A DNA stretch of 61,251 nucleotides, the filler included, from Kipferlia bialata (Eukaryota), in NCBI GenBank assembly GCA_003568945.1. It is 3 parts of 3 records of this genome, joined end to end, with 100 filler letters (N's around TTAATTAATTAA, not from the genome) between each part and the next. Parts side by side here need not be neighbours in the genome. Positions count along the whole stretch, not along the records: positions 1 to 22,817 come from BDIP01000278.1; positions 22,918 to 45,662 come from BDIP01000279.1; 1 more part is not named here. One strand, 5' to 3'. The position numbers and the translations under genes are program-made. Positions 14,601 through 26,544 of this stretch are shown in pieces; position 1 is the stretch's first letter; each line of letters begins with the position of its first letter. The notes beneath the pieces were generated by a model that searched no databases, was not told where the DNA came from, and was given only the letters and a program-made list of their open reading frames with translations.

Positions 14601-16439
14601 TCTCCAAGAGCAGCGTGGCCTTCTGGACCGCCTCTCTCATCAACAGCGGCCGCACTGAGGTCACTGTCAGGTACACACCGTGTAGCTTGTCTGTCTCTCT
14701 CTTTCCTCAATGTGTACTCATCCCAGGGTCTCTGGCGCTGGCATCCTCACCACCGAGCGCGTCTACTACCTTGAGTGTGGATACCAGAAGGAGTATGTCA
14801 AGGTATGGTCTACCTTGTCAACTATATGAGATACCCCTGTAATAACGCGATCTCACCGTCAGACCCAGTGCCTGTGTGGCGAGCGCACTGTACAGTTCCA
14901 GATCGTGAACGGCCACGGCGACCCCATCCAGGCCACCGTCCTCGCCTACTTCCCCATCGAGCACCCCACTGACGAGCTTCACGACAAGGTACCTACCTTA
15001 TAGAAACTATAATTCCTGTAGTTTCTACACGATGACTATTACTTACCCTAGTTCATCGTGGACATCCTCGAGTCTCCCTTCGATGACATTGTCGATGTGT
15101 CCATGTACCCCAAGGAGAAGAAGCTGTACTACGACATCATGCCCGCTGACTCTGACGAGTACGAGCACACCTATGGTTGCATGGAGCTCCAGGGTATGTA
15201 ATCTACACGATATACACTGTCTTCTACTCGATAGTGGTTCTGACCCCAGGCTGCGGCAACATCATCAAGGAGATTGAGCTCAAGTGCGTCACACCTCCAT
15301 ACGTGTGCATCTGGGTCAAGGTATAGAGAGATGCACATTCATACCCACACATGCTGGTGTACATGCATATAGTGAGACTCATCTTCAGGACAACGGCTGC
15401 GGTACCGTCGTGGATCATGACGATGACTACTGGGAGCCTGACATGATCCAGAACGCCCACGTCACCATCTTCACACACTGGAACAAGTACTTCTCCAAGG
15501 AGTACGAGTACCCCAGCATTTCCAAGTACGGCGACCACGGTAGCCACCCCCCCTTCCATGGCATGACTGACGTGAACGGACAGGTCTGCTTCACCGCTGA
15601 TCCGACCGACTGCCCCGGTGACACGATGGCAAGTACGTTCTAGTAATAGTTCCCATAGTGGCATTTAGCCATTGTTACCCTATTTCAATACTCACCTCTA
15701 GATGGTTCTTGCATTGTTCGCGATGACTGGAAGCTCCACGAGGGCGACGACTTCTGGGTTGTGGTTGAGGAGAAGAAGAGCTGCGGATGGGCAAAGAGAG
15801 GCCGTAAGGTATAGTATTACTGGTATAGCATCACTATTTATTGCCTCCCAGCGTATATGATGATATATATGATGTATACACTGACCACCAGGCCAAGGCC
15901 CACTACGAGGGTGTGGACTGCGGATGCAACAACTACTGCTTCGAGCTGCCCTGCGAGGAGCTGGACCTTAAGGTACCTAATCGCGTAGCCTCAGTGTACT
16001 ATAGTTATAGTTTGATGACGTCATTTTACCCTAGGTGAAGGTCAAGTTCGACATCGACGCCCCCGAGTGCGACATCCCCCTGATCGGATCTGTCGACATT
16101 GAGCTCTGGACCGACAACGAGGATGGTCCCTTCGACCCTGCCAACGAGACCCTTCTCAAGAGCCAGCCCACCTACTACGGCGGCAAGTGGCTGTGGTGGT
16201 CGTTCAAGGACTACGCTCCCTTCTACGAGCTTGACCCCAACGTGTACTCCAACCTCGAGGTCAACATCATCGTGAACGAGGAGCAGATCGCTGCCATTGA
16301 GGAGGCTCTCGAGGAGGCGACTGGCAACGAGTACGAGTGTGTCTACGACGATAACCTGCCTAGCCTGGAGCACGTGATTGCATGCTGTGGTTGTGACGAC
16401 CCATGCCTGAAGATCTACTGTGACGAGGTGGCTCCTTAA
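8944..16439 (+). CDS. Cys/Asp-rich protein built from tandem carboxypeptidase-regulatory-like (prealbumin-fold / Cna-B-like) repeats; multi-exon, stop TAA at 16437-16439
   Basis: The spliced translation repeatedly gives G-x-V-x-D...G-x-P-[LIV]-x-G-A-x-V...T-D-x-x-G-x-Y: FAVQGHVEKENTGQDLEGVQVRAF..TDANGDYFLDL, GIRGLVLDHVTEEPVEEGKVKLY..LNEDGTFELE, FTVYDAVSGEPIKGATINIS..ITDDFGVY, ATGRVIDEHGLPVPFAEI. Introns are short and clean. Confidence 0.75.
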
Positions 16440-17013
16440 AGAGGGACTGGGTCAGCGACATGGTTGTATGTGGGTCATGTGACTGAACGGTGACAGTCTT
16501 GACAGAATGGAATAACGAGAGATAAATTGGATTAAAAAGTGTTTGTGGGTCTGTGGTGTAAGATGGTATCTGTCCAATTGTTATTGAATCGATAGTCTTT
16601 CCAAGTGCATGCAAGTAGATTGGTCTCCGTTCTTGTCTCCAACGTTGCATCTGTCTTGTTCACAGTATGTACTCTCAGACAGGGCCTTGTGATAATCAAA
16701 GTGTGACTTCTATTATGGGCCATAATTTATGGCATTCCAGACACAAGTTCCTAGACTCCTGGCCTAGGGTATATTTAGGGCAGTCATATACTTACAGTGT
16801 AGCACCCTCCGCAACTCAGACACAATCTCGTGACATCTACAAGACTAGGATTCTAGGCCAAAACTTCTAGCCAGACACCGAGAGTCGGGTATTCTGTACT
16901 GAAGCATCTATACACCCTCTGTTAGAGGTGCCTTCTCAGAGACCGCCTGGGAGGGCACGGTGCTGTCAATGGGCTGAAATGAGAGACTGTGAATATATTG
17001 AAAAGGGATGTGT

Positions 17014-20000
17014 TTACACTACATGAGCCACGTAGATACGTACAGGCTGTGGGTCGTGGAATATGTATGAGAAGCACTCGTGCACACTCCCGCTGTCTCC
17101 AAAGGCTGCTAGCTCCCTTGGGCTGCCAAGCATCCTAGTGTGAGTAACATCGTGCGGCCAATAGTAAATGGATATATTTACCACAAATTGGAAGCGCAAA
17201 GTACACAGTCATCACATACAAAGACTAACTCGGTTAGACACACGAGTGATATTGCACATACCTGTAGTAGTGGTCCTTGCCCCTCCCCACACACTCCGCT
17301 GGCAGGTCCATGAAGGTGTGGTCATCCCCTGAATGTTACGCGGTGAGATGAACATATCGTGTGGGGTTGTTGTTACCTCCTCCGAAGTCCAGTGTGTCCA
17401 GGTTGTCGTTGATGACATCACACAGCTCTCCACAGAGGTCAGCACAGATGCCCTGGAACTCCTTCACCTAGAGTGAGTCTCCGAGTAAATGAAACAAAAA
17501 TACTCAATATCAAAGACTTTATGGTACAGGGGAATATTACCTTGTCTCTTGGGTACTTGGCTGGCACTAGAGCACACAGATCCCTGGACTTGTGCTGAAG
17601 TGAGATCTCTGACGAGTATACATAGTTACACTCTTTGTGTGACATGCACTTACCCACTGTGGCCAGTCCACCTCTGCCACAAAGGCCCAGAAGGCGTCAA
17701 AGTGGTCATCTGCCTAGTGATCAGAGCATACTACAGAAGTATACTAGACTTTCCCCACCTCAGCGTTTCCTATAAGAGTATATATACGAACCACACCTTC
17801 TTCCTCTGTGCCCTCTCTGCCAGTGTCTCTCCCTCCCTCTCCCCCTTGGTCTTACTCTGTGAGGACTGCGAGAGCGAGAGAGAGTGGGCAGCAAGGGTGG
17901 TGTCTAGTAGGGTGTCAGCCTCTGGTACAGCAGTCACAGTCTCCTTCTCCTTCTCCTTCTCCTTCCTCTCTCTCTCCCCCTCTTTCTCTATGGGAGTGCC
18001 AGGGAACAGTGCATGGCGAAGCAGGGACTCCTCCTCCTGGAGTGAGAAAGACTATATATACAATAACCATTGGCTATTATCGACGAGATGAATGATGTAA
18101 CCGTGTAGCTTACCTTGCTGTGCTGTGAGGTTGAGAGCACTGGCTTCTCAGTAATCTTGACTATGGGGGAGACGGCAGCAGGGAAGGCCACATGCTTGAG
18201 GTAAGAAACAGATTCTACACGATATACAATCGCGTAATACCCACCTCGTGACTGTGTCCATGGGGGTGCAGGGGAATGACACCCGAGGCCAGAACACCAG
18301 TAGGGGCCTAGGGGTGGGTGACTCACTCAACTATAGTGTAGCAAAACAATTACAACTACATATCGTGCCTGTCCTGTCTCTGTCTGTGAGCCCTGGGGTG
18401 TGGCTAGCTCTCTCTTTGCGGTACCCTGCTCCATCACCACATCCCCTTTTCCCTCCCCCTCTCCCTCTCCCTCTGCCTCCTGGGGGGAGAGTACCATCAC
18501 TGCCTCCTTCTCAGGTGTGGACAGGACAGGCTCAGGTGAGGACACCACTGCCACCCTCTCTCTCTCCTCCTTCTCTCCCTCTCCACCTGCAGCCATCTCT
18601 GTATCCCCACTCTCCTTCTCCTCCTCCTTCTTCTTTCTCTCCTCCTCTCTCTGCATGGCCAGGATGTGGGTGCCACAGTACTCAGACCCAGCCTTGGCAG
18701 GGCGCTGTGGTTAGAGAAGGTACGACATATATACAGAGAAACATACATAACTATGTATATGTACATAGTGAGACAGAGATAGAGAGTGTGGGTGCCGCAG
18801 TAATCAGACCCAGACTTGGCAGGGCGCTGGATGTATTTGTATATATATATACGTATAGAAAGAGAAAGAGAGAGAGAAGTGCCAGAGTACTCAACCCCAG
18901 CCTTGGCAGGCCACTGGATATCAGCAGAGACACGGAGAGAGATGCTTGTCAGGATGGCACTGCTTATAGGGGTGAAGAGAGAGGGAGGGGGGTATGAACA
19001 TGCACGCGTGTGTAAGTGTATAGTAGTACATACCGTGCATGGCTTGCCGGTCTTGTTCATGGCAGTGCAAGTGGCTGGGGCATCAGTCTCAGATGCAGAG
19101 GTCCTATACGTGAGTGGGAGAAGAATCAAGACACAACGGATGCTCAGATATGAATGTATATAGTAATATGATATCACCTCTCTGCCATCTTCTTGAGGTG
19201 GGTGCCACAGTACTCAAACGTATATGCAGGTCATCACCTTTATATCCGTTATAGTACTTCTAACACTATACATAAATACCTCTCTGCCATCTTCTTGAGG
19301 TGAGTGCCACAGTACTCAGACGTATAGGCAAGCCACCATTATATCCGTTATAGTACTTCTAACACTATATATATACCTCTCTGTCATCTTCTTGATGTGG
19401 GTGCCACAGTACTCGGAGCCAGGCTTGGCGTGGTTCTGGACTGAGCAACATATTGACAAAGTAATGAAACAAAGTAAGGAAACAAAGTAATGAATAACAG
19501 TAATTGAGACATATAGCGGACAATAATTGTAATTACTATATACACTATATACCTTGCAGGGCTCCCCACTCTTCTTCTTGGCCATGTTATATGCCATAAT
19601 ACACACATATCTGAATAACACAAGAATGATATAGTAGTATATGTAGGGGACTAGGCCTAGTCCGTACCTTGCATGGCTCCCCACTCTTCTTCTTGGCCTT
19701 GCACATGACAGGCTCGGGCTAAGGGTTAGAGGGTAGAATGTAGGAAATAGTATATTGTTGTGTGGTGAATACTCTTGGCCAGCAACACTAGGTCTAGTAG
19801 CATATTCAGAAGAATATGAGAAAGAACTCAGAAGAAGAAGAGATGGAGAGGAACAGGAACGGGACTCCTACCTCTTTCCTCTTGACCCTGACTGTATATA
19901 CAGTATAATACTGACTGCTATATAGAATATGTAATATACATACATACATATAAGAGGGTCAGGTGCTTGAACTTACCTTTGTCCTCTTGGCTGCTGGTGC

Positions 20001-21091
20001 CCCAGGGGCAACTGCCTCTGGCTCTGGCTCTGCCTTGTATGAGATACAGTCATTCAGCGTTTCCAACCATTCAGCGACGATATATTGTAAGAGAATGCAG
20101 TTGAGGAGAAATCACACGCCATCCCGCTTCTTCGCGGTGTAGGTATATATATATATATACATGCTTGTGTGACTGTCCCCCTCTGGGCGGCAAGGCTTAG
20201 CACAGTATACTACTGTAGTATACAGGTAAGCATGGAAGTGTGCATCCATATACACAATACATACCTCCTGTGTGACCACTGTCCCCACTTGTGATGTAAG
20301 GTCCATCTCTATCTCCCCCACTCTCTTATAAATGTATGGATGTCTCAATATATATATATTAATATAGAATATATATATATATACACAATACTTGCCTCCT
20401 GTGTGACTGTCCCCACCTGGGAGGCAGGGGTGAGGGGGTAGTCGGTGGCCCTTTGGGTTAGACGGGTTGGTATGCATAGAAACTCATACACACGTACATA
20501 CATAGAGCAGTAAGAGAGTAGTAAGAGAGTAGTAAGAGAGGGGTGAGGGGGTAGTCGGTGGCACTGAAGGTTAGACAAGACGAAAGGACGTAGATGCATA
20601 AACACACAGAGAGAGATGGAGTGGGGGGGAGAGAACACATACAGCGATGTCGAAGAAGGAGATAGGCGGTGCCACTTGAGAACGTGAACATAATATATAC
20701 ATACACCGAGAGAGCTGGGTGCAGTAAGATAGGGCGTATTCATATAAAACACAGACTGCATGTACCCTAGAGTCTTGATGTGGATGCCACAGTAGTGGCT
20801 GTTATCCTTGGCAGCTCTCTGATGGTAAGGAAGGGTAAAGTGAGAGAAGAATACATATAGAGACAGAGTATATAGAGAGAAGAGACCAAGATATAGTGTG
20901 CACTCTGAAGGATATTGAATAGTATCTATCTGACAGAGAGACAGAACGGAGGAAGTGTCGATAGATACACATGGGGTCGTCATACAAAGGAACATAGGGA
21001 ATATATTCAGAGAGAGAGGGGGAGAGAGCATCGATACCTTGCAAGGCACCCCTGTCTTGTTGGTGGCTCTGCAGGCCCGCTCTCCGTCACG
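17014..21091 (-). CDS. Multi-exon protein with three C-x9-C-x10-C-x2-H zinc-finger-like repeats, an acidic linker and a C-terminal DUF4240-like domain (5' end not visible)
   Basis: Spliced repeats are CRATNKTGVPCK|RAAKDNSHYCGIH, CKAKKKSGEPCK|NHAKPGSEYCGTH and CTAMNKTGKPCT|RPAKAGSEYCGTH, each split by a phase-0 intron at the same position. The C-terminus reads MTTFDAFWAFVAEVDW...GGGDDHTFMDLPAECVGRGKDHYYRMLGSPRELA...ECFSYIF. Confidence 0.7.
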
Positions 21092-21133
21092 CTAGACATA
21101 AGAGAGAGTGAAGGGGTGAAGGGGTGAGAGAGA

Positions 21134-21136
<3 letters not shown>

Positions 21137-21175
<39 letters not shown>

Positions 21176-21182
21176 GGGGGGA
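21137..21182. repeat. Poly-G tract at a probable assembly mis-join (a similar tract lies at 59372-59434)
   Basis: A conserved gene (RRP3 here, VPS26C-like at 59372) stops abruptly at the tract, and an unrelated 5'-less gene continues on the other side. Confidence 0.7.
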
Positions 21183-21249
21183 GCTGTCAAAGACGATCAC
21201 GAATGATTAAACATTAGTACATCACAGTACATGCACACACACCCCTCAC

Positions 21250-21708
21250 CTCATCCAGGATCAGGTACTTGAGCTGGGAGAGGCTGAACCCGTTGGTGCT
21301 CTCCATGTGGTACACTATCCTACCAGGGGTGGCCACGACAATGTGGGGCTTCTTGCTGAGTGCAATGGCCTGGTCCATCATGTCGATACCTCCAATGATA
21401 CGGGCACAGCGCAGGCTGATGCAGCTGCCAATGGCATCAATCACATCAGCAATCTGGACGGCAAGCTCACGAGTGGGTGCAAGGACAAGCCCGAAAAAGG
21501 GCTGGGGAGCCTTGAGGAGAGCCTGGATCATGGGAAGAGAGAATGCACCGGTCTTTCCACTGCCTGTCTCGGCCAAACCAATCACATCCTTGCCCTCAAG
21601 AGCAGGTGGGATAGCAGCGGCCTGAATATCGGTGGGGGTGGTCCACCCTAGGCCAGCAAGGGACTCACACAGCTTCTCGCATACGCCGAGGCTCTCAAAG
21701 GTGGTCAT
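21250..21708 (-). CDS. RRP3: DEAD-box RNA helicase RRP3/DDX47, first exon only (Q motif to the DE of DEAD); the rest is missing after a poly-G tract
   Basis: Motifs present: [69 protein letters not shown]. The start could alternatively be 21753. Confidence 0.9.
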
Positions 21709-21849
21709 TTGGCCAAAGGAACACGAGAGAAGGTGCGATTCCAGGTTGCTCATTGTTTTTTCTCAATTCGAAGATCAGGGTGCAGGCGGCCGATCAAGTC
21801 TAGTCTTACCATCTCTCTAAGGCCTTCGTCGGTGTCTCTGTAGCTCCCA

Positions 21850-22817
21850 ATGGAGTATGAGGATGAAGTAGACATGCCTCCTCTTCAGGGGTACGAGACC
21901 TTTCAGTACACCCAGCCGGTCAGGGTTCCCCCTCCCTCAAAGGCTACTGAAGACTTGAGTGTACCTGCCGAACATGCTCAGGTGCCCTCAGCGTCAGACC
22001 ACACCAGTCCCACAGCTGTGGCAATGACTGACCTTAGCACTGAGAATGAAGCACTCATGCAGCTTATTGCACAGGCTGGGACCCCAACAGTCATGCCACC
22101 TGATACTGCTAGCATTGAGAGTGAGAGTCGTGCACTCCAGAGACAGATCCAGGACGCCCAGACTCATGCTGAGGCAGAGCTGAACAGAATTGTAGAGTCT
22201 GGTGTCACAGAGGTATTTGGCCAGCGTCAGAGGACCGATTCGGCACGCAGAGAGACAGAGAGTCTCAGACGGGAGCACCAGGCAGGACAGTCACAATCAG
22301 GTGGGGGAGTATATATAAGCTTATGTTTTGTGTTTTGTATGTATCTCTGTGTTACGTTTGTCCCTTGGTACATACCTCATACTATCCAGTGGTATTGTGT
22401 TTGCGTGACTTCTTTCTCCCATCCCGTTATGTATATATAGTAGATCTCCATCTATTTAGAAGTCTAACAGCTATTCATAACCTCAGTGATTCTATCAAGT
22501 GACCTGTTGAGGCGCTCGAACCAGTCCAGACGCTCCCTAGCATCTGCTGAAGGGGCTAATGAGGACAACAAGGAGGCTCTGCTTCAGGTATATACTCTCT
22601 CTCTGATCGTGATGTGACATGAGAGTTATGGACTGACAACAGGAGATGCAGCGTCTACAGGAGAAGCATGCAGACCTCTGTAGTGGCATCTCCTCTCTGG
22701 AGCATCGGCGCAGGTATCAGTACTGGTCACCTTTGCCCAATTCTTCCCTTCTCTTAGTACCATATTTACTCCAGGGCAGGGGGACAGGCAGTGCACTCTA
22801 GCAATCGCAAGAGGTCC
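21850..22817 (+). CDS. Hypothetical protein with coiled-coil segments; multi-exon, runs into the linker
   Basis: ATG at 21850 opens a ~150-codon first exon (MEYEDEVDMPPLQGYETF...RALQRQIQDAQTHAEAELNRIVE), followed by short exons with GT-AG boundaries. It is head-to-head with RRP3. Confidence 0.55.
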
Positions 22818-22917
22818 NNNNNNNNNNNNNNNNNNNNNNNNNNNNNNNNNNNNNNNNNNNNTTAATTAATTAANNNNNNNNNNNNNNNNNNNNNNNNNNN
22901 NNNNNNNNNNNNNNNNN
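22818..22917. other. Artificial contig linker N44-TTAATTAATTAA-N44
   Basis: Exact 100-nt block with all-frame stop codons; an identical block occurs at 45663-45762. Confidence 0.95.
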
Positions 22918-22960
<43 letters not shown>

Positions 22961-22987
22961 GAAAGAGAGAGACACTTCCTCATATAC

Positions 22988-23650
22988 CTTGTTGTCTCCT
23001 GCGATCTTGTTAGTGGCCTCCACGATGGAATCACCCAGGTCAGCCACATCGATCTGACGGATGAGACACCAAAGATACGCATTGGGGAGAGAGAGTTCAC
23101 CATACCTCCTGCTTGTCGACAGAGGGCCCCCCCTCCTTGTGGTATGACACGTGGCAGATGGGCTCTGTCAGAGATGGGTCTGACTTGAGACGGAGCTCAC
23201 AGGGACAACGGGTGCAGATGCCTGAAGTTGGACTGAGTAGTGGAGTGGGTATGTCCTCAACACTAATATATCCCAAGAGTCGGGCGTATCTCAGGTCTTC
23301 AATAGGATGATGGAACAACGATACCCGTACCGTTGCCTCTGGGGAGTGTGAGGCCGCTGATTGCCTCGAGACAGGAACTCTTACCGGTGGACTGACATCA
23401 GAATCGAAACCAGAGGAATATTCATATCTGCTCTTTCTACAAGTTACACAGGGAATCTAGGTCCCCACAGTATCTGTGAACGTATTCAAAAGCCCGACAG
23501 ACTAACCTGATCTCCAATCACCACGACCTGAGGTAGACTGACGCCTGCACCTCCCACTCCCAGCTCGCGGAAGCGGTCGATGAGTGCAATCAAGGGCTTG
23601 GCAGAGTCCTGGAAACGGGCAAAGAGGGCTGCAGACTCAACGTCGGGCAT
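22988..23650 (-). CDS. Dynamin-superfamily GTPase, Mx/DRP4-like; first four exons, 3' part lost at the contig end
   Basis: Spliced: MPDVESAALFARFQDSAKPLIALIDRFRELGVGGAGVSLPQVVVIGDQ|STGKSSCLEAISGLTLPRGN|GICTRCPCELRLK...|IDVADLGDSIVEATNKIAGDNK. It contains the G1 motif GDQSTGKS and the dynamin signature LPRGNGICTRCP. Confidence 0.9.
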
Positions 23651-23848
23651 GATATAGTACAATGGACGAGAGAAGGAACATAGTCAGTATCCGTATCTAT
23701 TAATATCTCCAGCGAGGCCTATAAATAGTTTCCTAGTCCCTTGAGTCAGAATCGAAAGAAACAGTGCAAAGAGAAACAGTGCAAAGAGAAATCAGGTTCA
23801 ATTTGGTTGCTGTGACGTTCTTTAATCAACGCAACAGTCCACCTTGAT
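23651..23848. promoter_or_regulatory. Putative bidirectional promoter between the Mx-like gene and MAF1
   Basis: 198 bp separate the divergent ATGs. There is a TATAAATA near 23721 and a perfect 15-bp direct repeat GAAACAGTGCAAAGA x2 at 23758-23787. Confidence 0.4.
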
Positions 23849-26216
23849 ATGTCATACCAGCAGAACTACGGAGCCCCTAACGGGTACACTGGATACCAGG
23901 TGTGCTTAGATGCCTTATTTTTTCTTTTAGATCAGTTATTGAACAGTTTTCCGAGCCTTTGTCATTTTCGCTCTTTCTGGAGTGTGTTTTGCTCCTGTTC
24001 TGCTGCAGTGTTGGTCTTTCATGGTTTAGATGAATATATACTAGTATATACTAGTATATATATCTGGCTGTGGATGTCCACGGCACCCATCACTGTAATA
24101 TTTCAGCTTAGGATGTTTTCTGTATCATTTCTCACACACAGGGACAGCAGCCCCAGTACAACCAGGGCCAGCCCCCTCAGCAGGTATACAACGTAATCTA
24201 CAAGTGTTTGTGGTTTTCTTTCGCAATAGATAGAATGTCTTCGTGACAGTCGTTTATTATTGCTTTTTTGTCTCACCCAACAGTACGCCCCTCAGCAGCA
24301 GGGATACCCACCCCAGCAGCAGGGGTACCCACCCCAGCAGCAGGGGTACCCACCCCAGCAGGGATACCCCCCTCAGCAGCAGGGCTACCCCCCTCAGGTA
24401 GTGTATGGCGACGCCTATGGTTTTGTGCTATGTTACTGTTTTTGCGTTGACTCTCTCACGCCAGCAGCAGGGTTACCCCCCTCAGCAGGGATACCCCCCT
24501 CAGCAGCAGGGATACCCTCCCCAGGTATGCGAATATCATTCTTGAATGTGGTGTACTATCAGTCTCTTCCATTCCCACCCCAGCAGCAGTATGCTCCCCA
24601 GCAGCAGCAGCAGGCCTACCCTCCCCAGCAGCAGTACAACCCCAACCTGTGGTCCCCTCCCCAGGTACGAGAGGGTATATCGATATATATACTAATCTCA
24701 CCATATCCTTGCTCTCCCAACCCCCAGCAGCCCCCCATGTACGGAGTGAGGCCACCCCCCGCTGTGTACCAGCCCAACCAGTGCCAGACACAGCAGCCCA
24801 GCATGGGGCCTGCCCAGTACCAGCCCCAGCAGTACAGCCAGGTAGGACCCACACATGCAGAGAGAGAGTGTGTGTGAGAGAGAGAGTGTGTGTACTTGAG
24901 TATCCCCCCTGACCCCAGGCCCCCCAGGGGTACCTCCTGCCAGGCCAGGTCCAGCAGCCATACGAGGTCATGACCACCGATGACTTCGGATGCCCATCCG
25001 GCGACAACGGCTGGGGTAACGGCCCCACCTACGCCCCCCAGATTGCCGCCATGGCCCAGTACCAGGGCGGTGCCCAGGAGGTACAGATGTGTCTATGTAC
25101 ATACTCATTATCATCAACCCCCCCCCCCCCCCCCCCCCCCAATTCCCCCCCCCCCCCCACGGAGACATATCAATATAGTGAGTGTAGTAGAGTGTGTGGC
25201 TAACCTCTAGGAGAAGGCCATGCAGCGGCGACAGATGGACCGTCTATCCGGCTTCAGCATAGTGGGCAAGCAGGAGACGCTCTCCTCAGTCGACTCCATA
25301 GACCCAAGTTGCCCGGCATTCGTCAATCTCGAGCGGAGTCAGGTATAGGGATATGCAGTAATAGTTCAATATGGTCTGATATATTTGCCCCCCCCCCCCC
25401 TCCTTTCCTCCCGATCTCCACATCAACGTCCTCTCCTCTCCTCTGACCACAGGCCCTGAAGCGTTTCATCCTGCTGGTTCAGACCCTGAATGCCGTGTAC
25501 CCTGAGCATGACTTCAGCACATTGACCCCCATGGACTTCAGATGCGAGCCATCGGTGGGGCACGTCAGGTACTCACACCCCTCTCTGTCTCTCTTTATAC
25601 ATTTGTTCCCATAGTAGAGCCCCCCCCCCCACTCTCGCCCCCCTCGCCCTCCTCTCTCTCTCACCCCGCAGACAGTATGTGGACGTCACCCTCTCAGCCG
25701 TGGTGGGTAACTACACCACACTTGGACCACAGGTCAGTATGCATCAGTCATTGTATATCTGTCCAGACTGCACCATGGATTCTCTGTCTCTGTCTCTCTT
25801 TCTCTCTCTCTCTCTTATATATATATATATATATATATCTCACTCCAGGTCTGGGCCAGTATCCAGACTGCCATGGAGAGTGACCCCAATGTGGTGGTGT
25901 ACTCACTCGCCAATAACGCAGGGGTCAACCCATTCCAGGGTGGGTGGATAGTCTATCACTCTCATTCTCTCTGTTCTATATCAGGATGTGCCCCCCAAGC
26001 CATAACCCCCAGGCAGCGTCCTGTGGTCCTTCCTCTCTCTCTCTCTGTCTCTGTCTCTCTCTCTCTCTATATCTCTCCCCCCCCTAACCCCCAGGCAGCG
26101 CCCTGTGGTCCTTCCTGTTTGTGCTCTACTCCCCCAACCTCAAGAGGGTGGTGGTCCTCTCCTGTGCGGCACCCTCAATGAGGAGGGACATCATCATGGC
26201 ATCATGCACAGAGCAG
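23849..26216 (+). CDS. MAF1: Maf1-like RNA polymerase III repressor with a long Q/P/Y/G-rich N-terminal extension; 3' end lies in the gap
   Basis: Spliced: ALKRFILLVQTLNAVYPEHDFSTLTPMDFRCEPSVGHVR...VWASIQTAMESDPNVVVYSL...NPFQGSALWSFLFVLYSPNLKRVVVLSC. This matches the Maf1 B/C boxes (TLN..PDYDFS; LWSF.YFFYN..LKR..F.SC). Confidence 0.8.
24284..24397 (+). repeat. Coding tandem repeat (18-21 bp unit) encoding YPPQQ(Q)G
   Basis: About 5 copies of TAC CCA/CCC CCC/CCT CAG CAG (CAG) GGR; more copies occur in the next exons. Confidence 0.85.
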
Positions 26217-26221
26217 GTAAA

Positions 26222-26252
<31 letters not shown>

Positions 26253-26303
26253 GAAATACAGAGTATATATCCCCCCCCCCCCCCCCCCCCCCCACCCCCT
26301 CCC

Positions 26304-26334
<31 letters not shown>

Positions 26335-26544
26335 NNNNNNNNNNNNNNNNNNNNNNNNNNNNNNNNNNNNNNNNNNNNNNNNNNNNNNNNNNNNNNNNNN
26401 NNNNNNNNNNNNNNNNNNNNNNNNNNNNNNNNNNNNNNNNNNNNNNNNNNNNNNNNNNNNNNNNTCCCCTTTTTGTGTTTTCTTTTCCCCCCCCCCCCCC
26501 CCCCCATCCATCCTCTCTCTCTCTCCTCTGCTCTCATTCTCCAG

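Noticed and set aside
21040..21260. In-frame RRP3 (half helicase) to zinc-finger gene fusion (LILDE|RDGERAC)
   Set aside because: The phases match, but the join crosses a ~45-nt poly-G tract and would delete most of an essential helicase. An assembly mis-join is more likely.
22862..22873. TTAATTAATTAA palindrome as a biological element (also at 45707-45718)
   Set aside because: It is centred in exactly 44+44 Ns both times, so it is an artificial linker.
23755..23791. ISRE-like GAAA repeats upstream of the Mx-like gene; AP-1-like TGAGTCA in the repeat at 42729
   Set aside because: Short motifs that arise easily by chance or tandem duplication; IRF signalling is animal-specific.
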